Below, piece after piece: positions 31,971 through 40,091 of a stretch of 64,000 bases of DNA (position 1 is its first letter; each line of letters starts with the position of its first letter). Below the pieces are notes generated by a model. That model did no database searches and was not told the DNA's origin. It worked only from the letters and a program-made list of their open reading frames with translations. Source of the stretch: Nitrospirota bacterium. Lineage in GTDB: Bacteria > Nitrospirota > Nitrospiria > JACQBW01. The stretch covers positions 47,204 through 111,203 of the forward strand of contig JACQBW010000019.1 of the NCBI GenBank assembly GCA_016194305.1. Reading direction: 5' to 3'. The position numbers were made by a program, and so were the translations under genes.

Positions 31971-32153
31971 CTATGGAATTATTTTCTGGAGAATATTACT
32001 GAGATCAATCAGGCTGTGAGCCCTTGCGATAAAACCTGAAAATCCATACGATTTATAATTCGCAACTGAAGGGTCCCGATTACGATCGACATTCCAGATC
32101 TTTTTCGGGCTATTTTCGACGAGAAGAAGTTTGATGGGGCTGGATGACTCCAA
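31971..32153 (-). pseudogene. relic of a receiver-domain gene (internal deletion)
   Basis: The 60-codon ORF reads IKLLLVENSPKKI (beta1/acid pocket), then jumps directly to DPSVANYKSYGFSGFIARAHSLIDLSNILQKI. That tail aligns with the C-terminal ends of the receivers at 31.8 kb (DPAMSDFNRFGFSDRLKKPYRAFEV) and 60.0 kb (DPIMADYKRHGFLGVMVKPYTVHDL). The middle ~80 aa, including the phospho-Asp, is missing. Confidence 0.45.
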
Positions 32154-32215
32154 TGTTCAAAAGGAGGCAATCTCCTTATACTATTGATTCTTCCCATTCT
32201 TTCACTCCGGCCGGT

Positions 32216-32656
32216 TCAAGGTTGAACGGGAGAACCGCAGTGCGCACATCTTTTTGCTGCAATCGGAATTTCAGACAGACACTCCAGACATGGCTTCGTC
32301 GTTATTTCTTTTGGGACTGCGACTTCTCCCTTTCTCAAACGATTCATCGCTTTAACCACCATAAATATTGCGGCAGAAACAATTAAAAAATCAACAAGGG
32401 AATTAATGAAAACCCCATACCGTAATGTGGGGGCTCCAGCCGCCTGTGCGGCTGCCAACGTCGGAAAGGATTCCCCTCTGAGGGTAATAAATAGATTGCT
32501 GAAATCAACGCCACCTATCAGGAGGCCTATCGGCGGCAATAAAACATCGTTCACCAAAGAAGCCACGATTTTGCCGAATGCGGCCCCAACGACAATTCCC
32601 ACTGCCATATCGACTACATTACCCCTCATGATAAAAGCTTTAAATTCTTTAATCAT
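32216..32656 (-). CDS. mscL: large-conductance mechanosensitive channel with a C-terminal CxxC..CxxC tail
   Basis: 146 aa. [31 protein letters not shown]...[12 protein letters not shown] is a classic MscL N-terminus. The tail is [22 protein letters not shown]. Confidence 0.9.
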   Translation of the reverse strand: MIKEFKAFIMRGNVVDMAVGIVVGAAFGKIVASLVNDVLLPPIGLLIGGVDFSNLFITLRGESFPTLAAAQAAGAPTLRYGVFINSLVDFLIVSAAIFMVVKAMNRLRKGEVAVPKEITTKPCLECLSEIPIAAKRCAHCGSPVQP

Positions 32657-32724
32657 TTTGAGTCTCCCTATATGAATGCCTAAATCAATATGGCGTTTCT
32701 ATTACGGATTAAATCAAGTTCGGG

Positions 32725-33303
32725 TCAACCAATCAATTTCTTCTTTTCGAGAACCTGCTCCCAAAATAAACTCTCTGTCTCGAGCAGACGTATAATATAA
32801 TGATCGTTTCTGGCAATTTGAAGATGTATATCCGGCTTATCCGGAAGGTAACAGTAAAAATCGATGACGGGAAGATCAGTGACTGCCAGAATATGCTGTA
32901 ACTGACCGTAGTAATAGTCTGGCACTTTTCGATAAATTGAAGCCTTGCGGTAAACACTCTCGCCGCATTTAATTTCGACAACCGTATTTCCATTCCTGGC
33001 TAAACCATCGACACTTGCACGGAGCCATTCGTATTCAACACTTTGAAGGCAGGCGGGATCGACCTGAATGCCAACTTTGGCCTCGAACTGTTTTCTTGCC
33101 AAAGGTTCAAGCGCCGTCCCTCTTATCATCGCAGCATTCGGGCCTTCTCTTTTGCCTCCACATTTCTCGGACAGAAGTTCCTCGGGTGTCTTCCAGGGAT
33201 TTTCTCCCATAATCGTCGGAGCATCCGACGCTCCTATTCCTTGACATCGCCAGTCGAGCCATTCCCTCTCACCTTGTTGGAGAGCCACGATTGTATAGGT
33301 CAT
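32725..33303 (-). CDS. YqaJ-like (lambda-exonuclease-type, PD-(D/E)xK) nuclease domain protein
   Basis: 192 aa. GIGASDAPTIMG..PWKTP..L, G..LEP.AR, SVDGL and VEIKC motifs typical of the YqaJ viral recombinase family. No RecT/Erf partner nearby. Confidence 0.75.
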   Translation of the reverse strand: MTYTIVALQQGEREWLDWRCQGIGASDAPTIMGENPWKTPEELLSEKCGGKREGPNAAMIRGTALEPLARKQFEAKVGIQVDPACLQSVEYEWLRASVDGLARNGNTVVEIKCGESVYRKASIYRKVPDYYYGQLQHILAVTDLPVIDFYCYLPDKPDIHLQIARNDHYIIRLLETESLFWEQVLEKKKLIG

Positions 33304-33426
33304 ATGTACCTCGAGTGAGCATGCGCTGAACTTCTAATCCAGGTAACATACAATGTTTTTAACGTTAAGGCTACTCCGAAGTTGAAAATCTGATCCAATT
33401 ATGATTACATCATATAGGACAATCTT

Positions 33427-33942
33427 GTGACCGACTCAAAATTGAATATAACAGAACAGCACTGGCTTTTGAAATCAGAACCTTCCACATTCTCGATTGA
33501 GGATCTGGAAAAGTCCAGAAATGGTACGGCTTCGTGGGACGGCGTCCGGAATTACCAGGCGAGAAACTTTCTGCGGGACCAGATAAAAAAAGGCGACGGC
33601 GTTCTTTTTTATCATAGCAGTTCAGATTCCATCGGAATTGCGGGTGAAGCAGTCGTGGTACGGGAGGGATATCCAGATCCCTCTGCATTCAATCCGGCAG
33701 ATCCTCATTACGATCCCAAGAGCGTTTCGAAATCGCCCACCTGGTTCACAATCGAGATTATGTTGGTCCGAAAATGTCGCGAAATCATTTCTCTGAAACA
33801 GCTCCGTACGATTCCGTCTCTTCAAGAGATGAAATTGCTCCAGCGCGGAATGCGGCTTTCAGTACAACCCGTCACGGCCAGGGAATGGGAAGTCATCATG
33901 ACTCTTCCGCAGTGGGGTCCGGTCAGGAAGTCTAAAGGGTGA
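33427..33942 (+). CDS. EVE-domain (PUA-like) protein
   Basis: 171 aa with a GTG start. HWLLKSEPSTFSIEDL...WDGVRNYQARNFLRDQIKKGDGVLFYHS...RLSVQPV is the canonical EVE signature. Confidence 0.85.
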   Translation: MTDSKLNITEQHWLLKSEPSTFSIEDLEKSRNGTASWDGVRNYQARNFLRDQIKKGDGVLFYHSSSDSIGIAGEAVVVREGYPDPSAFNPADPHYDPKSVSKSPTWFTIEIMLVRKCREIISLKQLRTIPSLQEMKLLQRGMRLSVQPVTAREWEVIMTLPQWGPVRKSKG

Positions 33943-34607
33943 CGATCACCGGAAAGAAAAGTTTGAATGTTGATATTGTTTCGGATCTGGTCTGCCCCTG
34001 GTGTTTTATCGGGAAAAGGCATCTCGAAAAAGCGTTGACTCTCGTTTCAACTTCTTCGGAACTGAAACTCTCCTGGAAACCATTTGAACTCAACCCTCAC
34101 CTTCCGCAAGGTGGTGTCAATTATCACGAATATCTATCAAATAAATTTGGAGATGAGGAGGAGTTTCAAAATGTTCAGCATCGGGTTCAGGAAGCCGCCG
34201 GATCAATAGGACTGCATCTTGAATTTGATCGTATCGAGCGTCTGCCCAATACATTTGATGCGCATCGTCTGGTCTGGTTTTCCAACCGGACAGGCCGGCA
34301 GAATCAACTCGTAGAGGCTCTTTTTAGAGCCGTGTTTCTTGAAGGGAAATTTATTGGAGATCATCATACACTCGTTGAAATCGCCATAACCGCGGGGCTT
34401 GACCCCGCCGAAGTGAGACCATTTCTCGATTCATCCCAGGGAAAAGATGAGGTTCAAGTCGAAAAAGCGCTCTCTCACAACAGAGGCGTCCTGGGGGTGC
34501 CGAACATTCTGATCAACGGCCGTTACGTCGTCCGGGGAGCCCAGCCACCCGAATTCATAGCAAGATTTCTGGAAAAGGCACTTCATGATTCAACCGAACC
34601 GTTTTGA
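33939..34607 (+). CDS. DsbA-family thiol oxidoreductase (FrnE-like)
   Basis: 222 aa. VSDLVCPWCFIGKRHLE with a CPWC active site. GTGA start/stop overlap with the EVE gene. Confidence 0.8.
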   Translation: MTITGKKSLNVDIVSDLVCPWCFIGKRHLEKALTLVSTSSELKLSWKPFELNPHLPQGGVNYHEYLSNKFGDEEEFQNVQHRVQEAAGSIGLHLEFDRIERLPNTFDAHRLVWFSNRTGRQNQLVEALFRAVFLEGKFIGDHHTLVEIAITAGLDPAEVRPFLDSSQGKDEVQVEKALSHNRGVLGVPNILINGRYVVRGAQPPEFIARFLEKALHDSTEPF

Positions 34608-34652
34608 GAAATTCCGCCTCAAGCCCAAGTTCGGGAACCGAGCTTTCCAAAG

Positions 34653-35597
34653 TTAGTGGTCGTGTCGATGGACACAGTACGGTCCTTCACAGCCCATGAG
34701 ATCTTCTTTCGGACGATAACCGGGACCAATGCGGAACTGTTCCTGCGTTTCATATAAGGGGCGTTCAACTTCCTGAGATTCAAATTCAAAATCAAGATCA
34801 ACTGCCCCCTGAGGTGGAATCACAATCTCTTTCTCTACCGGCTTCATATGCGGGTGCCACGCCGTAACGTGGTAACTCCCAGGCGGAATTCGATCAATCA
34901 TATACTTCCCGTCTTTCCCCGTTTTAGCATAGTAAGGATTGTCCACAATCCAACCCCAAGTCTGCATATATTCGTGCATGCCGCAAATCATCTGTGCTAT
35001 TTTCATTCCCTCTTCAAAGTGGAGACTCCCGCCATGCCTATTGTCGGCGACCGGTATCGGAAAGTTCAAGATGACATTGCCTTTTTCCGGCTGATACACT
35101 TGTCCATTGTGCACGATTGGATCACGATTTAAAACAGCTAACGGAGAATCGTTTCTCAGAATCATCACGAGAGGATGGACATGGGTCAATGTTCCTTCAT
35201 GGGTCTCAAACTGTTCGGCATCAGCTACATCGTAGGGGTGAAACATACAATTCACAGCTACGAATTCATTTTTAATATATCGAAATGGTTTTCCTCTTTT
35301 TACATCCTGAATGGCAATCACGACATCCTGCAATCCTCCTTCAAGATCAACATGGAATTCTTTCAGGAGTACATGTCCGTTTCCATCAGAAATCTTTTTG
35401 CAATAGACGCCATATTCATAAAGGGCGATCGGAAACGTTCGATTTTCAGGAACAGGCCCCCTCAATTTGACCTTCCCTGTCAGAGATCCACCATGGAGTG
35501 TCTCTCCCATTTCATACGCAAAACCCGGGACACTCCCGAATCCTGTGAGGAGAAATCCGGTCATCACGACTTTCAACAAGAAATAGAATCGTTTCAT
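34653..35597 (-). CDS. exported protein with cupredoxin-like type-1 copper ligand pattern, an Ig-like C-terminal module and a Cys/His-rich tail
   Basis: Start moved to ATG 35597 (signal peptide MKRFYFLLKVVMTGFLL). Candidate ligand set is VHN, then 42 residues, then CGMHEYM (nt 34985..34965), i.e. C-x2-H-x2-M as in amicyanin. The tail is MGCEGPYCVHRHDH. Confidence 0.5.
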   Translation of the reverse strand: MKRFYFLLKVVMTGFLLTGFGSVPGFAYEMGETLHGGSLTGKVKLRGPVPENRTFPIALYEYGVYCKKISDGNGHVLLKEFHVDLEGGLQDVVIAIQDVKRGKPFRYIKNEFVAVNCMFHPYDVADAEQFETHEGTLTHVHPLVMILRNDSPLAVLNRDPIVHNGQVYQPEKGNVILNFPIPVADNRHGGSLHFEEGMKIAQMICGMHEYMQTWGWIVDNPYYAKTGKDGKYMIDRIPPGSYHVTAWHPHMKPVEKEIVIPPQGAVDLDFEFESQEVERPLYETQEQFRIGPGYRPKEDLMGCEGPYCVHRHDH

Positions 35598-35813
35598 TTC
35601 AAACCCTCTGAGGTCACTTCGATTTTCCATCATAATAAAATTCATCTTGTTTTTAAACCATTACTTTCATGGGTGCCAAGCTGGCCAAGTTTTTTCTGGC
35701 CCTCAAAGATCTAAATATGTTAGGCTACCCACTTCAGCGTCTTGAATGAGAACTTGAGAGAATTCGCTCAAATTAACAATCCATTAATAACGGGAATCAA
35801 AAAGGAGGCAATT

Positions 35814-36245
35814 ATGTCCATCAATCGCAAAGCATCAGCCGCATGGAACGGAAATTTAAAGGAAGGAAAAGGAACGATTTCAACGCCGAGCGGAGTATTG
35901 AAAAACACCCAGTATTCATTCGGAACACGCTTCGAAAATGCTGCGGGAACAAATCCTGAAGAATTAATCGCGGCCGCCCATGCTGGATGTTTCTCAATGG
36001 CTCTTTCAGGACAGCTAGGCAATGCTGGCATGACCGCTGAAAGTATTGAAACAACGGCCTCTTTGACGATGGAAAAACTGGAAGCGGGATTTACCATCAC
36101 TTCAATTCATTTGAATACGACCGTTAAAATTCCGGGAGCCGACAAATCTAAATTTGAAACAGCCGCCAACAATGCAAAAGCCGGTTGTCCCATCTCTCGT
36201 CTGCTAAATGCCAAGATCACGATGGATGCAAAACTGATCGCTTAG
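35814..36245 (+). CDS. osmC: OsmC-family peroxiredoxin
   Basis: The ORF track starts at 35742. ATG 35814 has an AAGGAGG RBS. MSINRKASAAWNGNLKEGKGTIST...AAHAGCFSMAL...GCPIS is the OsmC pattern with two Cys. Confidence 0.85.
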   Translation: MSINRKASAAWNGNLKEGKGTISTPSGVLKNTQYSFGTRFENAAGTNPEELIAAAHAGCFSMALSGQLGNAGMTAESIETTASLTMEKLEAGFTITSIHLNTTVKIPGADKSKFETAANNAKAGCPISRLLNAKITMDAKLIA

Positions 36246-36260
36246 AATCTTGTGAGGAGA

Positions 36261-36319
36261 CAGGGGTGAAGCGTCGGGGGCAAAGTTCAGGTCTTGATAT
36301 CCCTTGCCCTTTACCCCTG
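36261..36319 (+). other. long imperfect stem-loop downstream of osmC
   Basis: CAGGGGTGAAG (36261-71) pairs with CTTTACCCCTG (36309-19), with one G.U. An inner GGGCAA/TTGCCC stem follows. No U-tract. Confidence 0.3.
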
Positions 36320-36371
36320 ACACCTTACAGAAGGACTCATTCTTCCCTTCCGATTCTGAAACTTTTTCAGC

Positions 36372-36782
36372 ATGCCAAAACAGATTACCCTTAAAGAGTC
36401 CAAGAGCATCGACATCGCTCTTCTGAAAGAACTCTATCAACATGCCCCCTGGGCCAAAGATCGTTCACTTGCTGACATCAAAAGAGCCCTCGCACAATCT
36501 ACTTTGGTGATTTCTGCATGGGAAAGGGACCTGTTGGTCGGTTTCGCACGAGTTTTGTCGGACAAAGTTTTTCGAGCAACTATCTGGGATGTCATCGTTC
36601 GTCCAGATTACCAACAAGAAGGGATCGGATCGATGATCGTTGAAAAAATCATTGCCCATCCCTCACTCAGAAACGTCGATCGGTTCTGGTTAAACACCAA
36701 ACAGCCGGAATTTTACAAAAAATTCGGTTTTGTTCCGAGCCAGGAAGCGATGCTTCTTGCCCGAAAGACAAGAATCCCTTAA
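36372..36782 (+). CDS. GNAT-family N-acetyltransferase
   Basis: 136 aa. VRPDYQQEGIGSMIV (the Q/RxxGxG/A acetyl-CoA motif) and FYKKFGF. Confidence 0.85.
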   Translation: MPKQITLKESKSIDIALLKELYQHAPWAKDRSLADIKRALAQSTLVISAWERDLLVGFARVLSDKVFRATIWDVIVRPDYQQEGIGSMIVEKIIAHPSLRNVDRFWLNTKQPEFYKKFGFVPSQEAMLLARKTRIP

Positions 36783-36854
36783 TCTGCTCAAAAAGGTTTA
36801 GATGTCGCCTGTGGAGGACTTCCACTATTGGATTAAAACTGGTCGTAGGTCGTC

Positions 36855-36949
36855 AGGCCGCAATTTTTCGAGCGACGAAGGCGTACGATTACGGTACGTT
36901 GAGAGGACTGGAAGGCGAGAACGTAACAGATAAATCTTTTTTCAGCGGA
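36855..36949 (+). repeat. structured intergenic element, copy B
   Basis: CAGGCCGC..CGAGCGACGAAGG, then hairpin CGTAC (36882-86) : GTACG (36894-98), then TTGAGAGGACTGGAAGGCGAGAACGTAACAGA..TTTTTTCAGCGG. The right end abuts the stop of the pilR-like gene. Confidence 0.55.
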
Positions 36950-38329
36950 TTACGAGGGTTGTTTGTCGATCTGGTACTTGTCGAGCCTGTACCTAAAGGA
37001 TCTGAAATTCAGATGGAGCAATTTAGCTGCCTCCGTCTTTACCCAGCGGGTCTTTTCCAGCGCCTTAATTAAAATGTCCTTTTCGACTTCTTCAATATAT
37101 TTTTCCAGATCCACTCCAGCTTCCGGAATTTCCCGAATCTTTACAGAATCCGACAACGCGATAGGACGCATGCTCGCCAATACATCTTCTTTCATGATCC
37201 TGGAATTTGAGGTGAGCGAGACAACTCTCTCAAGCATATTTTCAAGTTCTCGAACGTTTCCTTTCCACTCCTGTTCCATCAAGACATTAATCGCTTCCTG
37301 ATCAATACCGAGAAGTTGCTTATTTAAAAGCTTATTGAATTTTTTTAGAAAGAAGTCGGACAACAGCGGAATATCATCTTTTCGCTCTCTTAAAGGAGGA
37401 AGGAAAACCGGAATCACATCAAGACGGTAAAAGAGATCTTCCCGAAATGAGCTTTCGGCAACAGCTTTTACCAAATCTTTATTCGTCGCGGCGACAATCC
37501 GCACGTCAACTTTAATATCTTTCGTCCCGCCCACTCTTCTAAACTCCCTTTCCTGGAGGACTCGGAGCAGTTTGACCTGTATGGATAACGACGTATCCCC
37601 TATTTCATCCAGGAAGAGTGTTCCGCCATCCGCAATCTCGAACAGTCCCTGTTTATTCATAACGGCCCCGGTGAAAGATCCTTTCATATGTCCGAAAAGT
37701 TCGCTTTCCAGCAGGTTCTCTGGGAGAGCGCTGCAGTTTACGGTCACAAAAGGTTTTTCCCTTCGTCCCGATCTTTCGTGAATAGCACGGGCCACCAGCT
37801 CCTTTCCGGTTCCGCTCTCTCCCGTAATCAGGATATTGCTGCTGCTATCAGAGATTTTTTCGATCAAATCGAGAATTTTACTCAAAGCCTGGCTTTTTCC
37901 AACAATATTTCGTGGCGAAACCAGTTCATTCAAGGAATGGCGCAGCTGACTGTTTTCCTTGCGGAGAGACTGTTTTTCGAGCGCATTTCGAATGATCAGC
38001 TTTACCTCGTCAATTTTGAACGGTTTTATCAAATAATTGTAGGCTCCCTGCTTCATGGCCTCTATCGCGGTTTCTGTCGTCGCAAATGCAGTTATCATTA
38101 AGACAAGGGTGTCCGGAGAGACTTCTTTGACCCCTTTTAATACATCCAGGCCGCTCATTTTCGGCATCTTGATATCCGTAATGACGAGATCAAAAATGTC
38201 CTTTCCGATCTGCTGAATGGCCTCCTCACCGTCAGATGCGGTCGTCACGGCATATCCTTCGTTGGAGAGAACAATGCCCAGGAATTCCCTCATGCTTTTC
38301 TCGTCATCGACAATCAGAATTTTAGCCAA
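36950..38329 (-). CDS. pilR: sigma54-dependent response regulator (NtrC family), PilR-like by synteny
   Basis: 459 aa. REC (ILIVDDE, VITDIKMP), AAA+ with GESGTGKE and the GAFTGA-type loop (GSFTGA), and a C-terminal Fis-type HTH. Follows pilS with an 8-nt overlap. Confidence 0.8.
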   Translation of the reverse strand: MAKILIVDDEKSMREFLGIVLSNEGYAVTTASDGEEAIQQIGKDIFDLVITDIKMPKMSGLDVLKGVKEVSPDTLVLMITAFATTETAIEAMKQGAYNYLIKPFKIDEVKLIIRNALEKQSLRKENSQLRHSLNELVSPRNIVGKSQALSKILDLIEKISDSSSNILITGESGTGKELVARAIHERSGRREKPFVTVNCSALPENLLESELFGHMKGSFTGAVMNKQGLFEIADGGTLFLDEIGDTSLSIQVKLLRVLQEREFRRVGGTKDIKVDVRIVAATNKDLVKAVAESSFREDLFYRLDVIPVFLPPLRERKDDIPLLSDFFLKKFNKLLNKQLLGIDQEAINVLMEQEWKGNVRELENMLERVVSLTSNSRIMKEDVLASMRPIALSDSVKIREIPEAGVDLEKYIEEVEKDILIKALEKTRWVKTEAAKLLHLNFRSFRYRLDKYQIDKQPS

Positions 38330-40091
38330 TCAAATACTCCTTGACGCGATCCACGATTAACGTTTGTTCATCTTGCAAAATTGGAAAAACAAGTTTGAAT
38401 TCGGTTCCTTCACCGGAACCACTTTTAACGGATATCTTTCCGCCATTTTCTTCAACAATCCGGTGAACAATGGATAGACCGAGTCCGGTGCCATGATCTT
38501 TAGTGGAATAGAATGGATTAAATACCCTACCAATTGAATTGCTCGGAATTCCGATACCATTGTCCTCAAATGAAAGAAACCAATACGACTTTTCATTTTT
38601 CGAAGGTTCCTTTCCGGCTCGAATTTTTATGATTCCCCCGTTCGGCATGGCTTCAGATGCGTTTAACAGGAGATTCCAGAACACCTGTTTGATCATATCC
38701 TGATCTAAAAACACAGTGGCTAACAGGGGGTCCAGGATCAGGTCAACTTGAACCCCCTGAGCACAGGCTCCGGAGTTCTGAAAGAAAAAGATTTCTTCCT
38801 CAATATAGGATTTTATTTGTGTCATCGTTCTTTGTGGGGAGCGAGGCCTCGCGTAATTCAGAAAATCGGAGATCAAATGATTTAATCTCTCTGCCTCCTT
38901 CAGCGCAATTTCCATCAATTTATGTTGATGGTCCTTTAAGTTCAATTCTTGCCTGAGGACTTCCATTGAACCGCTCAAGGACGCCAGTGGATTCCTGATC
39001 TCATGGGCAATACCTGCGGCCATCTCTCCTAAGTGAGCCAGCCGTTCCTTAAGTTTAATAGACTCTTCCATCTCTCTAATTTTGGTTAAGTCCTGAAAGG
39101 TTCCGACAAAACCCCTTTGTTCACCCTCATCGTTTTTTAACGCCGATAACGTCATGCCAATCAGGAGACGAGTTCCATTTTTCTTTTTGCCTTCCTTGTC
39201 AAATCGAATCGTTCCGAATTTCATTTCCCACTGCTCCTGGGAAACGGGAATTCCCGGCCACCCGAAAACAGTCCACCATTTTTTATCGATAACCTCTTCC
39301 CGAAGATAACCCGAAATGGTTTCAGCGGCCGTATTAAAGGATAGAATGCTTCCCTTCAGGTCCGTGGTTAATAATCCGCTACCCATGCTGCGTACCACAT
39401 TTTCATGAAAAGCCCGTAACGCCAATAATCCCCGATCCCGTTCAGCCAGTTCCTTTCGGGTCCTGTTCAATTTCTCGGAAAGGAGACCACTCATCAATGC
39501 AACCGTAAAGAAAATAATAAGGTAAAGAAAAAAAGAGTAAAACACCTCGCGTTCTGAAATATTAGTCGGACTGAAATAGCCAAACACGCCCCATTTAAAG
39601 TACTCCAGGTCAACCACGGTACCGTATAATATGAATGCAAGCGATGCGACAAAAAAGGCTCCAAAACGATTTAATAAGAGAGCCCCGGATATAATGGAAA
39701 GGATATAAAGAAACGAGAACGGACTTTCAACAGATCCGGTAAACATCACCAGCAAGGTCTCAATAAACACGTCTATCGAAAGCTGAACCAGTGAAAGATG
39801 GACGAGATTTTCCATCCGATTTAACAGATAAAAATAGCCCAAAGTGAGAAAATAAATATAACCGAGCAAGACGGAGGGAAAATAGAGAGACAGAGGTGAA
39901 TTAATGGTCCCGATCTGAAAAAGGAGAGAGGCTCCGAAAAGAAGCGTCATCAGGGAGACTCTGACGATGTTTAACCACTTGATTCTTTCCTTCAGGTCCT
40001 CCATTCGAATATTGAGTTTCTCTTCCGCCGTGGCAATTTTCATAAAAAATGGGATTTGAAAGGATAAACGACTCGGTAGAGGGTTATCCAA
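38322..40091 (-). CDS. pilS: polytopic membrane PAS histidine kinase, PilS-like by synteny
   Basis: 589 aa. About six N-terminal TM helices, a PAS module, H-box IAHEIRNPL, N-box WNLLLNASEA, DNGIGI, GTGLGL. 8-nt overlap with pilC. Confidence 0.75.
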   Translation of the reverse strand: MDNPLPSRLSFQIPFFMKIATAEEKLNIRMEDLKERIKWLNIVRVSLMTLLFGASLLFQIGTINSPLSLYFPSVLLGYIYFLTLGYFYLLNRMENLVHLSLVQLSIDVFIETLLVMFTGSVESPFSFLYILSIISGALLLNRFGAFFVASLAFILYGTVVDLEYFKWGVFGYFSPTNISEREVFYSFFLYLIIFFTVALMSGLLSEKLNRTRKELAERDRGLLALRAFHENVVRSMGSGLLTTDLKGSILSFNTAAETISGYLREEVIDKKWWTVFGWPGIPVSQEQWEMKFGTIRFDKEGKKKNGTRLLIGMTLSALKNDEGEQRGFVGTFQDLTKIREMEESIKLKERLAHLGEMAAGIAHEIRNPLASLSGSMEVLRQELNLKDHQHKLMEIALKEAERLNHLISDFLNYARPRSPQRTMTQIKSYIEEEIFFFQNSGACAQGVQVDLILDPLLATVFLDQDMIKQVFWNLLLNASEAMPNGGIIKIRAGKEPSKNEKSYWFLSFEDNGIGIPSNSIGRVFNPFYSTKDHGTGLGLSIVHRIVEENGGKISVKSGSGEGTEFKLVFPILQDEQTLIVDRVKEYLIG

